Positions 35,361-39,676 of a stretch of DNA of 39,676 nt are shown here, in pieces. The notes below the pieces were generated by a model. The model was not told the origin of the DNA. It ran no database searches and was given only the letters and a program-made list of their open reading frames with translations. Source of the stretch: Mesotaenium endlicherianum (lineage: Eukaryota); contig WELA01002297.1 in assembly GCA_009602735.1 (NCBI GenBank), positions 471,961 to 511,636 on the forward strand, written 5' to 3'. The position numbers and the translations under genes were made by a program. Position 1 is the stretch's first letter. The number at the start of each line of letters is the position of its first letter.

Positions 35361-36078
35361 TGAAATGAATCGACTTACCAGTAGGCGATTAACAATTAAT
35401 AAAGATCTTTATATCAACAAGTGTTCTTTATGGTAATTTCTATTAGCTAGTTTAACAGCAAAAAGAAAATACACTAGCAGCGAACAATGCTCTCAAGTTA
35501 AATGTAAGTAAACGAGCATCAATCATGCAATCAGTAAACTTATACATAAGCAAGGTTAGAAGACAGTTCGTGGCAATGGCTTATTGCCTTGGATTCAGAT
35601 GTCTCCCAGTAAGCTATACAAGAGAGTTGGCCTCGTTTTTGAATGCCGAACTCAAGAGCAATACCTTGCATATGTACACGGAATGAGTTTACTGTTCAAC
35701 GGCAAGTGCGATGGCACCGCCTACCTGGGAGTTAACCACGTTGGTAGAACCTCGGCTGACCATATCCATCGCCATCTCCCACCATCCCAAATCGCCATAC
35801 ATCCTAAGGATGTCATCTGGCCATTCATCTAGCATATCCCAATCATGTGCATGACTAGGCAATTTGCTGCTACCGAATACGAAAGTCAGTTGGCTGTCAA
35901 AAGATGTGTCAGCGAGCTGACCTAATTTGACTTTAGCCTGCTTCTCTCGGCTGAGTCATTATACTGATTTTTATTTAAAGTCTAGCAGACTGAAATTAAC
36001 TACAGTCCAGCAAGCTGAACATAATTAAGTATTATATATACATGAATATTGCATTTACCAATATATGGATTCATTACA
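35361..36078 (-). repeat. 3' LTR of family B (718 bp)
   Basis: Same length and termini as the solo LTR at 1644-2361. Confidence 0.93.
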
Positions 36079-36201
36079 ATCCCTCCAACTTAAATTGTTG
36101 TCGACTCAACAACACTAGCTAACTAACATGGTTAACTATTATTTACAATCACGCAAGACACATGCAACACAAAAGCAGACAGATTCAAATAAAAATAGCA
36201 A

Positions 36202-37802
36202 CTAAGTACCTAGGGCTCTGTCTCCTGAGGAGCAAGACCTGGAACTGGACCTTCTTCTCCTGTCTGATGGCCTCTTGAAATTTGGGGCCTCGGACCAGGG
36301 TGAACCAAGGGGAAAACGCAGCAACTAGGCCGCCTGCTTTTGCACTGTTTGCAAGTTGATGGAGACAGCTCTCTCCTGAGCAGTCTTCAAGCTGACGGGC
36401 ACATACACTGGCATGCCAGAGGGGTGCTGCATGACAGGGCTAAGGGCACATATCCTCTGCTAGAAGGGGATGCTGGCTGCCCTCTGATTTCCTCCTTAGC
36501 AGCCCTCATGTCTGCTCTATTTGACTGAGTCTCCTTCCCTGGGGTGGGGCTCCTCCTGCTGAAACTTCCCAGCCACCGGAGATTTGGATCTCTTGGTGGG
36601 CTAGGGTTAGACTCCTCCTCTCCGTTGTCCTCTCCATCGTCTTCTTCTTCCTCGTCCTCCTGTTTCTCTGAAACCTCTGGAGTTTCTCGGGTCATTTCTT
36701 CCAGTCGCTCCCAAGAAAAAGAGTATCCCACAAACCTCCCCTTTTTGGGTGCGAGTGGGGGCTGCTGAATACTGACCGCATATAACTCCTTCTCCCCTTG
36801 CTTACTTGCCGACTCGGCATAAGCATGCTTCCCTTTAGAGAAGGAATCCCTAGCCTTGGTCCTATCCGCTTGTGTCTTCGAGCTCATGCAGTCCCTGACC
36901 CCATCCAGTCTTGGGTCCCATGCTGCAATGTGAGGTGGCAGCATTTTCTTCCCTTGCAAGTCTGCCAAGGAATCGTCTTCCTTTGCCTTGTCATTTTGGT
37001 GGTCCTTGATATTAATGGTCACCCAGTGCCAGTTCGTGGGCTGTAGAAAGAAAGCAGGGTCCGCCCTCTTCAGGGTGCAGGGATACCAGTGCCCTGAGAA
37101 ATCTAATTAGCTGGTCTCTCTTGCTAAGAACTCCCAGCTTCTTCTCTCCACCACGTTGTACATGGCCTTGAACCAATCATGGGTAGCGGCATCCTTGAAG
37201 CTATCTGGTTGCATACGGATTAACCTGATGTCCTTGTCTATGCCCCAGATGCTTGGTATTGGCACAGCTTCAAACTCGTTCATCTGGGCCAGTGCTTTGG
37301 CCTCTTAAGTAGTATACCCCACCATCCTCGCATAGTCATGGTACAATAGAAGCCCTGTGCTGACCTCTGTGTACTTGTCAAAGTTCTCGAACGTCTCCCC
37401 CTCCCATTGTAGTATGTCCTTCTGCAATTTGCTTCGGCTTCTTTGGGCATACTTGAAAGTTCTCTCCAGAAGGTCAAAGTTCAAAGCCCTTGCCCATCAC
37501 CGTGAAGCGGTAGTTTTCAATCCTCCTCTGTTCCTCCTCAGCCTGCTGTTTTCGCCTCTCCTCGGCCAACCTTTGCTTCTCTGCCTTCTTGGCTTCCTCT
37601 GCAGCCTTTGTGTCCTGCTCCTCCTGTCTCAGCCTGGCCTGTTCCTCCTCCTCCTTCTTCTTTTGAGCCTCTTGCTGCAGTCAAAGTTGCTCTGATTCTC
37701 GAGACGAGATGGAGGATGATTCGATGTCGCTATGGAACTCCTTGTACTTTGCCTGTGCCTCTTGGCCCTTCTTTTCTTCTTGAGTTCCGACTTCTGAGTC
37801 AT
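36202..37802 (-). pseudogene. Family-B extra ORF (ORF3), copy 2
   Basis: MTQKSELKKK..., HWYPCTLKRADPAFFLQP, MLPPHIAAWD and FSKGKHAYA are all homologous to 26262-27906. Confidence 0.8.
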
Positions 37803-38620
37803 CCTCCTCAATCATAAACACAATGGGGTCAATGTAGTCATGATATTATGCACGATCGTGGAGTATTTGACAGGTGAGACCGTAGCAATGAGCGTTATCA
37901 AGTATGTAATACATGATGTAAGTGAACAGGAAGTGGGAGAGTGATGGAGTGAGAAGTGAGTGTAAGTGCAGTTCGAGTGTGAGGAATGGTTATGTAAGGT
38001 AATTTGAATGGTTTCCGAGTGTTAGCCTGCTCCCTCTAAATTAATGTTTCAGGGTGGGTTGCCTGTCAAATTGCTATTTCCTAGCACCACCTGTCAATCT
38101 GTCACTAACTGGCCCTTTCTTGCACACTAATTGTCACTTACTTTCTGTCACCTCCTGTCAGTCTGTCACTAACGGGTCCTTTCTTCTCGCCCACTAGCTG
38201 TGACTTTCTGGCACATTTCCCCTCCAACTTAAATGGCGACAAGACCTCCTGTCACTTGCCCATGTCAATTGAAATGACAGTTAGGGAGGTGTTCTAGCCG
38301 CCGAAAGGTGGAACCATTTCAATGCCCCTTAGGCATTGGTTAAATGGTCTGTACATTCCCAAGTATCCCCAGAGGCATCGTAACCCTTCTATCGAACCAG
38401 ATATTTCATGACATATTTGGATGATCGACGGACAAAGCGAGCGTCTAAAATCTCCTTGACCTCATACTCCTCAGGGTCACCATCCCTGACAGCGGGGGCC
38501 GGTCCCGATTGGACAGGTAACGGACGTGTGAACATTGTGTCACCCTTGATTCAAGGCTCTAGGACGGAGACATTAAAGACTAGGTGACCCTCGTATTCTG
38601 CTGACATGTTCGGTTTGTAA

Positions 38621-38960
38621 CTGGGTTACGCCGTTCGCCGAACTGGCCGTTCTTCGTACGCTTAATTAAGCGAACTGAGTCGGTTCGCCGAACTAAGCGG
38701 ACGAGAATTGTTTCACTCGTGCGTGCCCGCCAGGAACGTTACGTCGTTCTTCATGTGCGTGAGCGTCGGGGTTCTTCCACTTGTGAGTCTGAAAAACGTA
38801 TCGGTCGACGCGATTGGAATTTCTTAGTACAATGTGGCAGCTTTGCTGCAACGACGGGAACTTCAAAAAATTGCAAAACCGATATCGCTCGCTTGCAGCC
38901 TTGTAGTTGCTGATGGATTTTGGTTCACTGCGCAGAGGAACGAATTCAATTGTAGCCACC
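38621..38960. mobile_element. Probable end of a DNA transposon interrupting family-B pol
   Basis: Abrupt switch to CpG-rich sequence. GTTCGCCGAACT occurs at 38633 and 38683, flanking the palindrome CGCTTAATTAAGCG (38659-38672). Confidence 0.4.
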
Positions 38961-38969
38961 AAACCCGAG

Positions 38970-39676
38970 AGTGAGGGAGGTTGGGTAAGAGGCAGGGAGC
39001 GACAGATGGAGGGATGTTGGGACGGAGCAAAACGAAGAAGGTTTGGAGGGACCGAGTGAGGGAGCAAGCAGGGATTAGGGGAGCGACAGAGGAGCGGCAG
39101 AGTGAGCGAGGGAGAAGGAAAAGCGAGGGACGACGGGAGGCGAGGGAGATTGGGAGGGAGATTGGGAAGGGATAGAGGGAGAGAGAGGATGGGGGGAGAA
39201 GGGAGGGAGAGATGAAGGAAGGGAGGTGAGGAGGAAGCGAAAAAGAAAAGGTGGCAGGGAGGGAGGGAGGGAGGGAGGGAGGAAGCGAGGGAGGGAGAGA
39301 GGACGGAGTGCGGAATTCAAGAGAGCATGGAGGGGGAGGGTGGAAGAGGTTGAATCGAGAGAGGGAGCGAGGGGTAAACGGAGGGAGCGGAAAGCATCGG
39401 AGGGGGGAGGAATATGGAGTAGAGAGATAGAGAGGGAGCAAGAGTGGGAAGGAACGAGAGAGAGGGGGAGGAAGAGAGCGAGGGGGAGGAAGAGAGCGAG
39501 GGAGGCTGCAAGGGAAGGAGGTAGCATTGGAGGGAGGGATAATGAGCAAGAGTTGGGGGAGGGAGGCCAAGTGGGCAAGGATTGTAGAGGGGAATGAGAA
39601 TGGGGATAGGATGACTAAGAGGGTGGGGGAGAGGAAGGGGGAGAGGATGGGAGCGAGGTAGGCTGCAAGGGAAGGA
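38970..39676 (+). repeat. Purine-rich (G/A) low-complexity tract with (GGGA)n and GAGGGGGAGGAAGAGAGC repeats
   Basis: Directly visible; it extends to the window edge. Confidence 0.92.

Larger units (their letters stand above)
35361..38620 (-). mobile_element. Gypsy family B, copy 2: integrase tail/chromodomain, extra ORF, PPT, 3' LTR
   Basis: Chromodomain EEYEVKEILDARF..YLVR*KGY..DTWE at ~38340-38475. ORF3 at 36202-37802. PPT AAGTTGGAGGGAT directly abuts LTR 35361-36078. Confidence 0.9.

Noticed and set aside
38863..39597. Long Pro/Ser/Leu- or Arg/Glu/Gly-rich ORFs
   Set aside because: Artefacts of a purine-rich low-complexity tract that lacks stop codons.

Overview
Eukaryotic, repeat-dense window, probably from a green plant or streptophyte alga (GT-AG introns, chromodomain-bearing Ty3/gypsy elements, CG/CHG-type C>T decay). 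The species cannot be determined. No intact host gene, RNA gene or CRISPR array was found. (1) Bases 1 to ~19.6 kb look like one decayed, gene-rich DNA transposon that runs off the left edge. It contains a CACTA/Mirage/Chapaev (CMC)/Plavaka-like DDE transposase (4201-8311, -) and at least six passenger genes on alternating strands. The notable pair is convergent: a spliced RING1-like C3HC4 E3-ligase gene (13716-15507, +) and a C5 cytosine methyltransferase gene (15685-17951, -). Both carry a diverged copy of the same ~120-aa domain that I do not recognise. A 718-bp solo LTR with a GCTGC target-site duplication splits another passenger ORF. (2) Bases ~20 to 38.6 kb are a nest of at least four Ty3/gypsy families (A-D). 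Family B carries an extra ~550-codon ORF between pol and the 3' LTR, seen in two copies. (3) The last ~1 kb is a probable DNA-transposon end followed by a purine-rich low-complexity tract. All alignments were done by eye, so identities and some boundaries are approximate.
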